Of a stretch of 64,000 nucleotides of DNA, positions 27,533 to 35,427 are shown in pieces. The notes below the pieces were generated by a model. The model saw nothing but the letters and a program-made list of their open reading frames with translations. It did no database searches and was not told the origin of the DNA. The stretch comes from a virus: positions 1-64,000 of the IMG/VR virus record IMGVR_UViG_3300046513_000221; one strand, given 5' to 3'. Made by a program: the position numbers and the translations under genes. Numbering within the stretch: the stretch's first letter is position 1; every line of letters begins with the position of its first letter.

Positions 27533-27877
27533 TTAACGGTTACGCTTCTTGGACTTCTTGACGATCTTCGCCGTCGTCTTGCGCTCATCCTTCGAGCGTT
27601 TCTTCTTGTTGTTGCCGTAGCGGATACGGCGCTGGGCCTCGGTCTCGTACGACTCGTCCTGAGTCGCGTCTTCGCCCATGTAATCTTCGTGCTCCGGGTT
27701 GCGGTGATTCAGCATTGCTTTAAGCCTTTCTTCGTCGATAGACGATTCAAAATTGGTGATCAGGATTTGCTCACCTCGTTGGTAGGCTTCCATCGCGAGA
27801 CGCATCTGGAAGTCGGTGCGGATGACGCTGGGGCATCGTCCACTCCAGTGCATATCAGAAATCGTTGCGACGTTCAT
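27533..27877 (-). CDS. protein with GNNKK...SKKRNR basic C-terminal tail (114 aa)
   Basis: C-terminus RIRYGNNKKKRSKDERKTTAKIVKKSKKRNR. Confidence 0.5.
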   Translation of the reverse strand: MNVATISDMHWSGRCPSVIRTDFQMRLAMEAYQRGEQILITNFESSIDEERLKAMLNHRNPEHEDYMGEDATQDESYETEAQRRIRYGNNKKKRSKDERKTTAKIVKKSKKRNR

Positions 27878-28338
27878 CGGCGATTCCTTTGCTTCGAGGC
27901 TTTCGCCATTTTCTTCTTGATCGAACGATCAACATGCCACTTCTTGTTGTTACCGGATCGACGCTGCTCGGTGAGAGCACCCTTGAAGGCCTCGTGTACC
28001 GGTGGCAGCTGACCTTCCGCTCCGACGTAGTTGAAGCTCTCGATCTTGAGGGCGTCCATCATAGCCTCGGTGATACGAGGTCCGACACCACCGAAGCCGA
28101 TGATGTTCGCCTCTCGTTCGTTCAGTTCCTCTCGGGACTTGGCGACGAAGCTACCGAGGCTGTCGATGACGATGATGCTACCGGTCTCGATCGCCTTCTC
28201 CATCTCCGCCTTCAGCTTCTCAACATCGAGATTCGGCATCGGGTGGTTCTGGTTGTGGCGCTCGATGGCCTCAATGGTCTGCTGCATCCGTATCCCGGAA
28301 CCGTCAGTGTCGTAGTCGAGGGTGATGACTTCAGACAT
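27874..28338 (-). CDS. protein with GNNKK...SKQRNRR basic C-terminal tail (154 aa)
   Basis: C-terminus QRRSGNNKKWHVDRSIKKKMAKASKQRNRR is homologous to the tail of the adjacent gene; ATGA overlap. Confidence 0.55.
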   Translation of the reverse strand: MSEVITLDYDTDGSGIRMQQTIEAIERHNQNHPMPNLDVEKLKAEMEKAIETGSIIVIDSLGSFVAKSREELNEREANIIGFGGVGPRITEAMMDALKIESFNYVGAEGQLPPVHEAFKGALTEQRRSGNNKKWHVDRSIKKKMAKASKQRNRR

Positions 28339-28780
28339 TCACCACCTCTTCATCGATTGCCCTCATGCGCTTCAGCGATTCCTCGCTGAACACGCCCTTC
28401 CCAGCGAACCTTCCGCCAGTCATCTTCAGCCAAGCTTCCTCTTCCGTCGCCACAACTGCGGTGGCACGGATCTCGGTCATTCGCTTCGAAGGCACGGTGC
28501 TGTCGAAGGCATCCGTACGGCTCTTCAGGTAGACGCCGCGTTTCACGTCGATGATGTGATCGCAGACGAAAGACAGCTTGACAGGAAGATCATCGATCCT
28601 GGTATCCTCGATCAACCACACCTGACCTCCGTGGTGACGACTGAGCATGAAGATCAGGTCGGTACGCCTCTGAAACTTCGCTGCAGGAGCTTGCTCAGGG
28701 GTCTTCACAAAGTAGCGACGGAATGCCAAGGCCGCTACGACAAATACCAGCAGGACTAATATCGGGGTTACGAAATCCAT
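28331..28780 (-). CDS. N-terminally membrane-anchored protein (149 aa)
   Basis: Real start MDFVTPILVLLVFVVAALAF at 28778-28780; the listed 5' extension is spurious. Confidence 0.5.
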   Translation of the reverse strand: MDFVTPILVLLVFVVAALAFRRYFVKTPEQAPAAKFQRRTDLIFMLSRHHGGQVWLIEDTRIDDLPVKLSFVCDHIIDVKRGVYLKSRTDAFDSTVPSKRMTEIRATAVVATEEEAWLKMTGGRFAGKGVFSEESLKRMRAIDEEVVNV

Positions 28781-28805
28781 TGTAAGTCTCTTTCTTCTAG
28801 TTCTA

Positions 28806-29129
28806 TTAACCGTTTGCCATGCCACTATCGCCGACGTAGCCGATAGTGATGCCGCCGTAACGATGACCCTTCCAGACGTCAATGCACATCGCCAGATTGA
28901 AGATCTCGGCTTCCTCGCCGTACAGGTTATCGGGGTGAACGATGACCTTCTTCCAACCGCGCTTGCTTGCTTCCAGAGCCGCCAGCTTGATCAGATCCTC
29001 TTCCTCCATACGCCACTCGACGATGTGGAAGGGGTGCATCACCACAACGACTGCGCGCTTGCCGTAGCCGCGTACGAGGTGTTGGAACCGGTGCTGGTAC
29101 ATCTTTTGTTTCTTCTCGATGGTTATCAT
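28806..29129 (-). CDS. ASKRGWK-motif family protein B (107 aa)
   Basis: Start MITIEKK with GGGAGTAAC RBS (the listed start is TTG 4 codons upstream); paralogue of 23320..23706. Confidence 0.55.
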   Translation of the reverse strand: MITIEKKQKMYQHRFQHLVRGYGKRAVVVVMHPFHIVEWRMEEEDLIKLAALEASKRGWKKVIVHPDNLYGEEAEIFNLAMCIDVWKGHRYGGITIGYVGDSGMANG

Positions 29130-29144
29130 CGTTACTCCCAATGG

Positions 29145-29498
29145 TTAGAAATTGTTTGCCACCCAGCTGTCGCGCTCCCGGTCGGAGGCGAATGCCTTTG
29201 GATGACGTACTGCGAACAGCTCGAACTCCGGTCCCACATCGTCCCTCAGAACGTAGTGGGTGCCGTTGGCGCTCTCGTAGATTACACGGTTCGCCATGTC
29301 GATCCCGGCTGTGTCGTGCCGGAAGTCGTCGATACGGATCTCGTCATCATCCATTTTGCGCAGAGCCTGATGGGTGAGCTGGAGACGCGTCAGGATGATT
29401 GCCTTGAACGTGACCGGGGGTCTGTACTTCTGCTGTGGACCAAGGTCTTGCCGCAGACTGCCGATGTGTACCGGCTTGTTTTCTTCGATAGTTTTCAT
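29145..29498 (-). CDS. hypothetical protein (117 aa)
   Basis: Real start MKTIEENKP at 29496-29498; the listed 198-aa version runs into the upstream gene in another frame. Confidence 0.5.
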   Translation of the reverse strand: MKTIEENKPVHIGSLRQDLGPQQKYRPPVTFKAIILTRLQLTHQALRKMDDDEIRIDDFRHDTAGIDMANRVIYESANGTHYVLRDDVGPEFELFAVRHPKAFASDRERDSWVANNF

Positions 29499-29571
29499 TA
29501 TTATATTGATTGAAGAGGACCGCCATTCCGTAGGGACAGCGGTCGAAGGCCTTGACGACCTTCGCGCTTCC

Positions 29572-30645
29572 TTACATGAACAGGGTGGAGACCTCGACAC
29601 GATTGTCGAAGGCCGTGATGTTGTAGTGATCGAAGTCCGAACGCGACACCTTGTTGGCGGCTGCGAACTGGCTCTCGACCTTGAGGATGTCTTCGTCGGC
29701 CAGCAGATTGACGTGCTCAAACACGTCGAACAGCGCGACACGGGCCTTCATGGTCTCGATGTCGGCGTCCAGCACATCGAAATCCTTGAGGATGTCGTAG
29801 TCGTTGAACTTGCTGTGGGTCTGCTTGATCTTGTTGATCAGGTCGATGGCCTTCTTCGACTTGTACTTGGCGATCATCGGGACGTCGTCGGTGCCCACCA
29901 GATTGCCGTACAGTTGGATGAACGAATCGCTCGTCTTCAGCTCGTCGCCGTGCTTCACCGCGTACTTGTGCTTCTCGTACAGGTAGTTGAAGTAGCCGTT
30001 CGTCGTGACCATCTTGGAGTTCTCACCTGCCGGGTGCAGGTTGAAGAAGCCCTTGAAGCACTGCGAGTACTGCTGGATCAGTGGATCATTGCTGATGAAG
30101 ACGTTGTACTTCGACTGCGTCAGCACGTTCGGATCCTGACGCTGAGAGAGCGCTGGGATCACAGAAAGATCCACATCATCGGTGTTGACGACGAACAGAT
30201 CCGGGATGCAGTTGGCGAAGCGCGCCATTTTCTCGCCGATGAAGCCGAGGTAGGCCGGTTTGACGGTCTTCTCGATGATCGTCTTGCTCCAGTCCGGCGC
30301 GATGGCGGTCTTGTACTTGTCCGGGGTCTTACCGCTGTCGAACATGAGGACGACCTGCAGGTTGCAATTGCGCTTCTCGACGAAGTAGCGCTTGTAGTGG
30401 ACGATGAAGTTCAGCGTCTCAGCAATGACCTTGTTGGAGTCGGTCACGAACTCGGAGGTCACCATGTCAGCGTAGTACTTGATGCGCATGATGTCCATGA
30501 TGTATTTCATGTCGATGAACAGCGTGACAGAGGTCTCGATCACGCGCTCAGCGAACAGCTCATCCAGAACGGAGTACTTGACCTTCTTGCGATTGAAGGC
30601 GAAGCCGAAGCTGCTGTTCTCGTCTTGATTGCCGTGGTAACTCAT
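29572..30645 (-). CDS. T4 RNase H / FEN-family 5'-3' exonuclease-like protein (357 aa)
   Basis: Acidic clusters in FEN-like order (VVLMFDSGKTP ... VVNTDDVDLSVIPAL ...) resembling T4 rnh; AAAGGAAAT RBS. Confidence 0.6.
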   Translation of the reverse strand: MSYHGNQDENSSFGFAFNRKKVKYSVLDELFAERVIETSVTLFIDMKYIMDIMRIKYYADMVTSEFVTDSNKVIAETLNFIVHYKRYFVEKRNCNLQVVLMFDSGKTPDKYKTAIAPDWSKTIIEKTVKPAYLGFIGEKMARFANCIPDLFVVNTDDVDLSVIPALSQRQDPNVLTQSKYNVFISNDPLIQQYSQCFKGFFNLHPAGENSKMVTTNGYFNYLYEKHKYAVKHGDELKTSDSFIQLYGNLVGTDDVPMIAKYKSKKAIDLINKIKQTHSKFNDYDILKDFDVLDADIETMKARVALFDVFEHVNLLADEDILKVESQFAAANKVSRSDFDHYNITAFDNRVEVSTLFM

Positions 30646-30671
30646 AATATTTCCTTTGGATTGAAGTCTTT

Positions 30672-30917
30672 TTATTTTGCTTTGATCGCCACTGCTTGGC
30701 AGTCCACATCGTCCGGGTCGGCGAAGTTGCGGATCTCCTCGCGGTAGATCTCGCCCTTGCGCTCGGTACTGTCAGCCCAGTCAGTGTGGATGGTCAGGGC
30801 ATCCGGCCCGTAGGAGATGAGAAAGTCGCCGTCTGCCAGCTCGCCGTTCTCGTCGGCACATTGCACCTTGATCTTCTGTCCCGGTTTGAGCAGGACGATC
30901 ATTTCGTTAGAGCTCAT
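30672..30917 (-). CDS. hypothetical protein (81 aa)
   Basis: AAGGGAAA RBS + ATG. Confidence 0.5.
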   Translation of the reverse strand: MSSNEMIVLLKPGQKIKVQCADENGELADGDFLISYGPDALTIHTDWADSTERKGEIYREEIRNFADPDDVDCQAVAIKAK

Positions 30918-30953
30918 TAGTTTCCCTTTAGATTCTAGTCACAGTCAAACCTA

Positions 30954-30962
30954 TAATATATC
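30954..30962 (-). promoter_or_regulatory. AT-rich promoter-like motif (ATATATTATAGG on minus strand)
   Basis: Intergenic; 37 nt upstream of the 30672..30917 start. Confidence 0.35.
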
Positions 30963-31090
30963 TCACACAAGAGTTTAGTTCCGATTCTCGCGTTATCGTC
31001 TTTTTGACTGTAGTGAATAAAAAAGACGGGGTAACTGAGGGTCTCTACCGGGAAACTAGTCCGCAGTATGACCCTCAGCTATCCGTCCAT

Positions 31091-31675
31091 TTAGATGCTC
31101 ACCTTGATGGCGTTGTAGAGCGAAAGGTACGGTTCGACGAGACTTTTGGCACGCACCGAGTCATCGTTGACATCGCAGGGGTGTACGCTGACCTCGTCGA
31201 GCTTCTCCCTGATGACTTTCTGAGCAGCGGCCAACAGGCCAGTGGCCTTGTGTACTGCATCCCGCTGTTCCCAGCCGTTCAGCCAGATGTTTTGAACTGG
31301 CATGAGACCCAGTGATCTCTCAACCCTTTTGTATGCTTCCTGACAGATGGCATCCACACAGGGATGCTTTATCAGGAGTTCATCCGACCAGTCCCGCTTG
31401 CCGGAGAAGTATAGGCAGAGCTGCTGAACCCGTTCCTTGTATGCGATCATGAAGGGGATCGAGAACCAAGCAATCTCCTCCGACGCGAGGGTGACGATCA
31501 TCTCGAAACCCTTGTACGGATCGCTGCCCGGTTGCAGAATACACATGGCGTTCCGAGCAGAATGAATGATCTCGCGCAGGTTCTCGCGGACGCTCTCGAT
31601 GTTGAACCATTCGATGCGATTCAACGAGAATTCGATCTTGGAAGCGAAGGCTAGACATTCCTGTTTGATCTTCAT
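31091..31675 (-). CDS. hypothetical protein (194 aa)
   Basis: ATG verified. Confidence 0.55.
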   Translation of the reverse strand: MKIKQECLAFASKIEFSLNRIEWFNIESVRENLREIIHSARNAMCILQPGSDPYKGFEMIVTLASEEIAWFSIPFMIAYKERVQQLCLYFSGKRDWSDELLIKHPCVDAICQEAYKRVERSLGLMPVQNIWLNGWEQRDAVHKATGLLAAAQKVIREKLDEVSVHPCDVNDDSVRAKSLVEPYLSLYNAIKVSI

Positions 31676-32316
31676 CGCCGCCCCAGCTTCTTCTCAGCAG
31701 CTTGGATGGCCCCGCGAATAGTACCGTGGCTCTCGGCACGGTTGTGGTGCCACATCAGCTCCAGCTCCTTGGGGTTGTCGGCCTTGCGGATGGTCAGGCC
31801 GGTGTACGAATCCTTCGCCAGCTCTTCGATGAAATTGATGAGATCGGTGTCGTCATTGTCCTCCGGGATCGCGTGCGCCTTGATGGCACCGGCGATAGCT
31901 GCTGCAGAACGATCCGGGTTCTCGATCAAGAACTCGTCCATGCCAACGATGACTGGATTACCTTTTACATCGGCGAACAGCTTGGCCTTGTAATCATTGT
32001 CGAACAGACGACGGATCTTGAGCGCTGCCAATGCATGATCCTGCAGAGAGATCTCGATGAAGTCCGGAATGCCCTCGATCTGCGACTCCGAAGGCTGGAA
32101 CCACAGTGATTTGTACTGCGTGACCGCATGGCGCTTGGCTTTCTCAGCGGTGTGCATGATGCGGCGGCTCTGGCCGAGGTTGTAACCCAATTCGTAAGCC
32201 TCGGAGTGATCCGGGTTACCGTGAGGGGTCTTGAAGATGTCCATACCGTCTCCGGCAAGGCCGTGGCCCATACCGGATTCGTAGGCATCAACGATCATAA
32301 AAACGTTGGATGGCAT
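31672..32316 (-). CDS. hypothetical protein (214 aa)
   Basis: ATG verified; ATGA overlap. Confidence 0.55.
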   Translation of the reverse strand: MPSNVFMIVDAYESGMGHGLAGDGMDIFKTPHGNPDHSEAYELGYNLGQSRRIMHTAEKAKRHAVTQYKSLWFQPSESQIEGIPDFIEISLQDHALAALKIRRLFDNDYKAKLFADVKGNPVIVGMDEFLIENPDRSAAAIAGAIKAHAIPEDNDDTDLINFIEELAKDSYTGLTIRKADNPKELELMWHHNRAESHGTIRGAIQAAEKKLGRR

Positions 32317-32323
32317 GATTACC

Positions 32324-32953
32324 TTATTGAGTTTTGATCAGCTCGTACTTCTCTTCGAACTCACCTTCGGTCAGGGCGAACGAGTCGGTACCTTCTCCGA
32401 TGACCCAGTCGCCGACGCTCAGGGTGAAGTCACCGATCAGGTGAACCTGCTTGCCGTACATGGTCTCCGACAGGATGTACTGGTGAACAGACGGATCGCC
32501 CTTGTACTGGACCGCCTTGACCTCGTCGCCAGCCGGGACGGGCTTGGTGCGTGCGATGATCGGCTTGCCGAGGATGATGTTGGCGCACAGCTTGCTGTCC
32601 TCCTGACGGTTCATCAGGTCGATGACGTACCAGAGGATCTTCATGATGTCCTCGCGACTGCGGCGACCGCCATACACGGTGAAGATCTTCTGGTCACCGC
32701 GTCGGATGGTCTGGTGGCCCGTTGCAGTCCAGATCCTCGACACCGGTTTCTCGCTAGGAGCGATGAAACCCTTGTGCAGATCAACCAGCAGTTGAGCGTA
32801 CTTCACGCGGTCCTTGACGCCGAGCGTGGCGTGCATCGAGATAATCTGTTGGCCGGACTTGAGATCGCTGATTGACCAAGCATATTTACGACCGTGAGCC
32901 AACTCCGGGCAGACCCACTCCCCTGCTCCGTCCAGCTTATTGAACTGCGCCAT
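32324..32953 (-). CDS. hypothetical protein (209 aa)
   Basis: Coding-like composition. Confidence 0.55.
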   Translation of the reverse strand: MAQFNKLDGAGEWVCPELAHGRKYAWSISDLKSGQQIISMHATLGVKDRVKYAQLLVDLHKGFIAPSEKPVSRIWTATGHQTIRRGDQKIFTVYGGRRSREDIMKILWYVIDLMNRQEDSKLCANIILGKPIIARTKPVPAGDEVKAVQYKGDPSVHQYILSETMYGKQVHLIGDFTLSVGDWVIGEGTDSFALTEGEFEEKYELIKTQ

Positions 32954-33281
32954 CGCGTTTCTCCTCGATATGTTTGGGGTTTGTGTTCTCAGCGTTGCCG
33001 CTGAACCCGAACGGACACTTGCCGCCCGTGGTCACATCGGTTTGGTGCTCGATGGAGGCTTCGAATCGCTTCGAGTTCTCCTTGGGCTTCTTGCCGCCGA
33101 AGGCATCGATGATCATGGCGAACGGGAGCCACACCGGAATGGTGATGATGAGCCACTTGCACAGCATCAGGCAAACGTATAAGATTGCCGGGATGATGGT
33201 GTATAAGACCCACGGCTTCGTCAGTACTTCGAGATCGTAGATCCAGAGGTTGACGAGGATGGTGATGAGTTTGTCGAGCAT
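32937..33281 (-). CDS. two-TM membrane protein (114 aa)
   Basis: AAGGAAGTACC RBS; hydrophobic segments ILVNLWIY ... and LIITIPVWLPFAMII. Confidence 0.5.
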   Translation of the reverse strand: MLDKLITILVNLWIYDLEVLTKPWVLYTIIPAILYVCLMLCKWLIITIPVWLPFAMIIDAFGGKKPKENSKRFEASIEHQTDVTTGGKCPFGFSGNAENTNPKHIEEKRDGAVQ

Positions 33282-33290
33282 GGTACTTCC

Positions 33291-34094
33291 TTATTTGATG
33301 TCTTTGAGGGAGTTCAACAGCTCCCACATGGCGTTGCGTTCGTGGGCCGGGATGCCGCTGGAGCCTCCCAAGACCGCCTGTTCGTACTTGCGCAGCAGAG
33401 CCAGCATCAGCGGTGCGGCGTTCACCAGCGCCTCGATGCGGGTGTTCTGCTCCTTGCTGTTGGCCGGGTTGGACTCGTCGCCACCGGAGTACAGGACGTT
33501 GTCGCCGTCCTCGTCCTTGACGAACATGAACTGGAACTCGCAGTCCAGCAGCGGCCACTCGAAGTCGCCGTCAAATACGCAGCGCTTCTTGTTGACGACC
33601 TTGGCCGGAGCCAGTTCGTAGTCCGATTCGATCTTCAGTTCGAACGGCAGCTTGTTGTTGTATCCGGACTCGATCTCGTCCTGTAGGGTGTTGGTCTCTT
33701 CATCGACGCGTACCCAGTGATAGACGCGACCGGCGTCGTCGTCCTCGACGTTCACGATGTACGCGAGGTAGCTGTCTTTCGGAACGACGGAATTACCGAA
33801 GGACGAGTTGTACTCGTTCACGGTGACGAAGGTACCCGGCATCATCTGGACCACCGGAGCCGGGTTCGGATCCACCCAATCGCGATCCTCGCGCTCGATC
33901 CACTCCAGACCGGCCACACCGGCATAGACCTGCTGGTCGTTACCGGCGATATCGACGGTCACGAAGCCGCTGCTTGCGGCACTGCGAGGCTTCTGGAAGG
34001 ACACGATCTTCACCTTGCCTTCGTGGTTGTGCAGCGATACCTCGTCGCCTACCTTCGCCTCGCGGCTGTGGTCGTTCTCATACACGATGCGCAT
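33291..34094 (-). CDS. hypothetical protein (267 aa)
   Basis: GAGGAGA RBS + ATG. Confidence 0.55.
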   Translation of the reverse strand: MRIVYENDHSREAKVGDEVSLHNHEGKVKIVSFQKPRSAASSGFVTVDIAGNDQQVYAGVAGLEWIEREDRDWVDPNPAPVVQMMPGTFVTVNEYNSSFGNSVVPKDSYLAYIVNVEDDDAGRVYHWVRVDEETNTLQDEIESGYNNKLPFELKIESDYELAPAKVVNKKRCVFDGDFEWPLLDCEFQFMFVKDEDGDNVLYSGGDESNPANSKEQNTRIEALVNAAPLMLALLRKYEQAVLGGSSGIPAHERNAMWELLNSLKDIK

Positions 34095-34578
34095 TTGCGG
34101 TCTCCTCGTTGATTTTCTTCATTTGTGCTTCGGTCAGCGCGAGACGCGCCATAGGGATCATCCATGTCAGATCTGGAACGATCTTGTGGGAGGCGCAGTT
34201 CAGCGTCCAATAGCCGAGGTCGTTGCAGTCCAGTTCGATGCAGTAGAGATCCTCGTCTGCCGGATTGTCAACCATCTCCAGAGCGGTGATGTTCGGCAGT
34301 TCGATGGCGTAGCACCAGATGATGTAGTCCGGCTCTTCGACGATGTGGAAGCGAACCCACTGTTCCTTCACCGTATCGACGCCGGTCTCCTCGCGGAACT
34401 CACGCATCATCGCACCGACAGGACTCTCGTGAGGCTCTTTCTTGCCGCCCTGACCGTTGTACTTGTCGATCAAGTTCATCGGACCGCGATTCTTCAGCTG
34501 CAACAGCACCTGATCCAGATCACCGGCCTCGAACGGGAAACCCAACACGTATTGTTGCTTCTTGGAATTTTCAAACAT
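34078..34578 (-). CDS. Nudix hydrolase (166 aa)
   Basis: Perfect Nudix box GGKKEPHESPVGAMMREFREETGV (Gx5Ex7REUxEExGU); GAGGAG RBS. Confidence 0.75.
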   Translation of the reverse strand: MFENSKKQQYVLGFPFEAGDLDQVLLQLKNRGPMNLIDKYNGQGGKKEPHESPVGAMMREFREETGVDTVKEQWVRFHIVEEPDYIIWCYAIELPNITALEMVDNPADEDLYCIELDCNDLGYWTLNCASHKIVPDLTWMIPMARLALTEAQMKKINEETANAHRV

Positions 34579-34579
34579 C

Positions 34580-34945
34580 TCAGCACTCCTCTTCTTCTAT
34601 GTGACGACGAGTCTTGCGCTTGCGGCGCTCGTCGATGATTTTCATTACTTTACGGATGATATTGTCGCCGTGACACTCCTTCGGAGCGCACCAGCACATC
34701 AAGGCGATATCTTCACCTGCTTCTACCCTGTCGGCCAAGGAGTTCAATTCCTTCCTGATGGCCCAGTCCTTCTCGTACAGCTCGTCCAGTCGGACGGCAT
34801 GTTCGCGGATGCACTTGCCCCGCTCGTGTTCGAACACGAGCCTCACCGGATTCTCCAGAAGGCTCGGTCTACTGATCTTCACCACAGTCTCGTGCTTGAG
34901 AGGCTTGGTGCCTCCCACGCGAGCGCTAACGACTCGGATTCCCAT
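34580..34945 (-). CDS. small protein with MCWCAPKECHGD motif (DUF4326-like by recollection) and basic C-terminus (121 aa)
   Basis: C-x-C ... C-H-G-D cluster near the C-terminus; KRKTRRH tail. Confidence 0.5.
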   Translation of the reverse strand: MGIRVVSARVGGTKPLKHETVVKISRPSLLENPVRLVFEHERGKCIREHAVRLDELYEKDWAIRKELNSLADRVEAGEDIALMCWCAPKECHGDNIIRKVMKIIDERRKRKTRRHIEEEEC

Positions 34946-35375
34946 CGACGGACTTCCAGTTCGGGGTCCACACGGATCCCGTATACTCGTCGGACTTATA
35001 ACCTGCCTTGGTCAGAAAATCTGCCACCTTACGCTCACCGACGTTGTAGTCACGGTTGCGGTCGGCATGGTTGTCAGTCACGAATGTTGCATGCGCCTCG
35101 ATGGCTTTCGTGATCTCATTCCAATCAGGATCTCTGCGGCAGCTGCGATTCCCCTCAGCAGAGATGAAGACCCAATCATCGCCGGTGTACTGACCGCAGT
35201 TAGCAAGGTTGCCAGCGAAGCGGCGGTAGCGGTCGGAGGACGAGCGCAGCGAACCTTGGCCGATGAACTTGTTGCAACGTGCTGCCTTCTTCATGTCCTT
35301 CTCGAAGTATGGCGACTGCGCGTCCGGAGGGAGTTCGCGGAGGCGGCGAACGAGAATGCTCTTATTTATAATCAT
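34926..35375 (-). CDS. hypothetical protein (149 aa)
   Basis: Start MIINKSIL at 35373-35375. Confidence 0.5.
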   Translation of the reverse strand: MIINKSILVRRLRELPPDAQSPYFEKDMKKAARCNKFIGQGSLRSSSDRYRRFAGNLANCGQYTGDDWVFISAEGNRSCRRDPDWNEITKAIEAHATFVTDNHADRNRDYNVGERKVADFLTKAGYKSDEYTGSVWTPNWKSVDGNPSR

Positions 35376-35427
35376 AATCTCTCCAAAATGAAGGTCGCTA
35401 TGGCGATGAACCATAGCGACCCTTGGA

